Positions 62,462 to 63,653 of a stretch of 63,653 bases of DNA are shown here, one piece after another. The stretch spans positions 2,667,498 through 2,731,150 of the forward strand of contig NC_057754.1 in assembly GCF_004010195.1 (NCBI RefSeq), written 5' to 3'. Origin of the DNA: Chiloscyllium plagiosum. Its lineage: Eukaryota. The position numbers and the translations under genes are program-made. Numbering within the stretch: the first letter of the stretch is position 1; each line of letters begins with the position of its first letter. Under the pieces are notes generated by a model. The model was not told where the DNA came from. It searched no databases and saw nothing but the letters and a program-made list of their open reading frames with translations.

Positions 62462-63417
62462 TTTGACATCATGTTTCTTTGTTCAGGCATGAACAGCAAA
62501 GAGATTAATAACCATGAAATCTTCTTTTTAGAAATGTATCTGAGTTTTGCATGTTGGTCAGGTCACCAGGAAACATCCCTTGCTGTTTCCCACATTCAAT
62601 CAAATAATGACTGCTCCATACCCCAACCCAGTATTTTGCCTTGCCCTATATCCCTTAACATCTTTACCTAATTAAAACCCATTAATATCATGTAGGGTAT
62701 TGATTTAAGTTTTGAAAATTTCACTCGAGCCCCAACTTTTCAGGGGAGAAAGTTTTAGATTTCTGCTATCCTTTATGTAAAACTATAGTTCTTAATTTCA
62801 CTCCAAGCTCTAAATATTTTTAAGATGCTGCCCCTTGTTTACCAGAAGAAATAGTGTATACTTTATTGACATATTTTATCGTTTTGAAGTCATTAATTAG
62901 GTGACCCATTAGCTTTCGTCCAGAGAATACAAATTAAGTTTATATTTCAGTTACACTCTGCCACATTTGCACAGTCCCTTCCTCCAAAGCCAATTTCCTT
63001 CCTGCAGTGTCGAACCCAGAACAGACCACAGCAATCCAGGGTGGATTGGAGAAATATTCTTTACAGCTAAAGTGCTCCTCCTCTTTGTACTCAGGCTTTG
63101 CACACATGCCCCTTCCCTCACCCAGGAGATATAAAAGAAAAAAAATTCATGAGTCTTCATGTCCCCGAACACTGGCTTTTAATGATCTGTTTCATCTGAA
63201 GGCCAGCACTGAAGCAGTCCCTTGGCGTACTGTGCTGCACTGTAAGTCTCAGGTCTCTGGAGCAAGACTTGAATTAGTTACCTTCCTTGCTCAAAAACAA
63301 GAGAGCTCTTTGATTTCAAAAATATATTTTATTCATAAAAATAACTTTGTGTATACACATAGTTGCAAATGCAGTTCAGTTTGTTACAGTATATCAAGGA
63401 AATAAGCAAAGGAGTTT

Positions 63418-63653
63418 GATACTGTTGGGGGGGGAAATGGCCTAGCAGGGGTAAGCTGCAGTGACCGGGTCTCTGGCACAAGGTCCGGCTCTGAGGCTCA
63501 GAAGGGAAAGGGGGAGAGGAGGAGAGCGTTAGTTACAGGAGACTCTATAGTTAGAGGGACAGACAGGCGGTTCTGTGGACATGGGCGAGACTCTCGGATG
63601 GTTTGTTGCCTCCCGGGTGCCAGGGTCCGAGACGTCTCGGACCGTGTCTTCAG
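63418..63653 (+). mobile_element. CR1 LINE ORF1 fragment (SGNH esterase-like domain), runs off the window
   Basis: Open frame DTVGGG...RALVTGDSIVRGTDRRFCGHGRDSRMVCCLPGARVRDVSDRVF with the GDS and CLPGA motifs typical of CR1 ORF1. Confidence 0.85.

Overview
Vertebrate nuclear DNA with seven N-gaps; the repeat content (HE1-type V-SINEs, SacSINE1/Deu-domain SINEs, CR1 LINEs) points to an elasmobranch, probably a shark. Two host genes can be recognised, arranged tail-to-tail: the last coding exon and 3' UTR of a PRPF39-like gene (+, 706-~2290) and exons 2-5 of TMEM179B (-, 11506-14932). The TMEM179B exons join in frame at GT-AG sites, but exon 1 was not found. Most of the rest is interspersed repeat: about 20 HE1 SINEs, many CR1 fragments, a Rex1/Babar-like RT remnant, an LTR with a tRNA-Pro primer-binding site, Penelope-like element (PLE) remnants and minisatellites. 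The most striking signal is a dense population of small fold-back inserts from at least 3-4 PLE-related families. They have 10-20 bp target-site duplications (TSDs) and one arm about 30-40 nt longer than the other, and most carry minimal hammerhead-ribozyme cores (CUGANGA-N-stem II-GAAA-palindrome-UH). Most listed six-frame ORFs are chance or repeat-derived. All family and gene assignments come from recognising motifs by eye, not from database searches.
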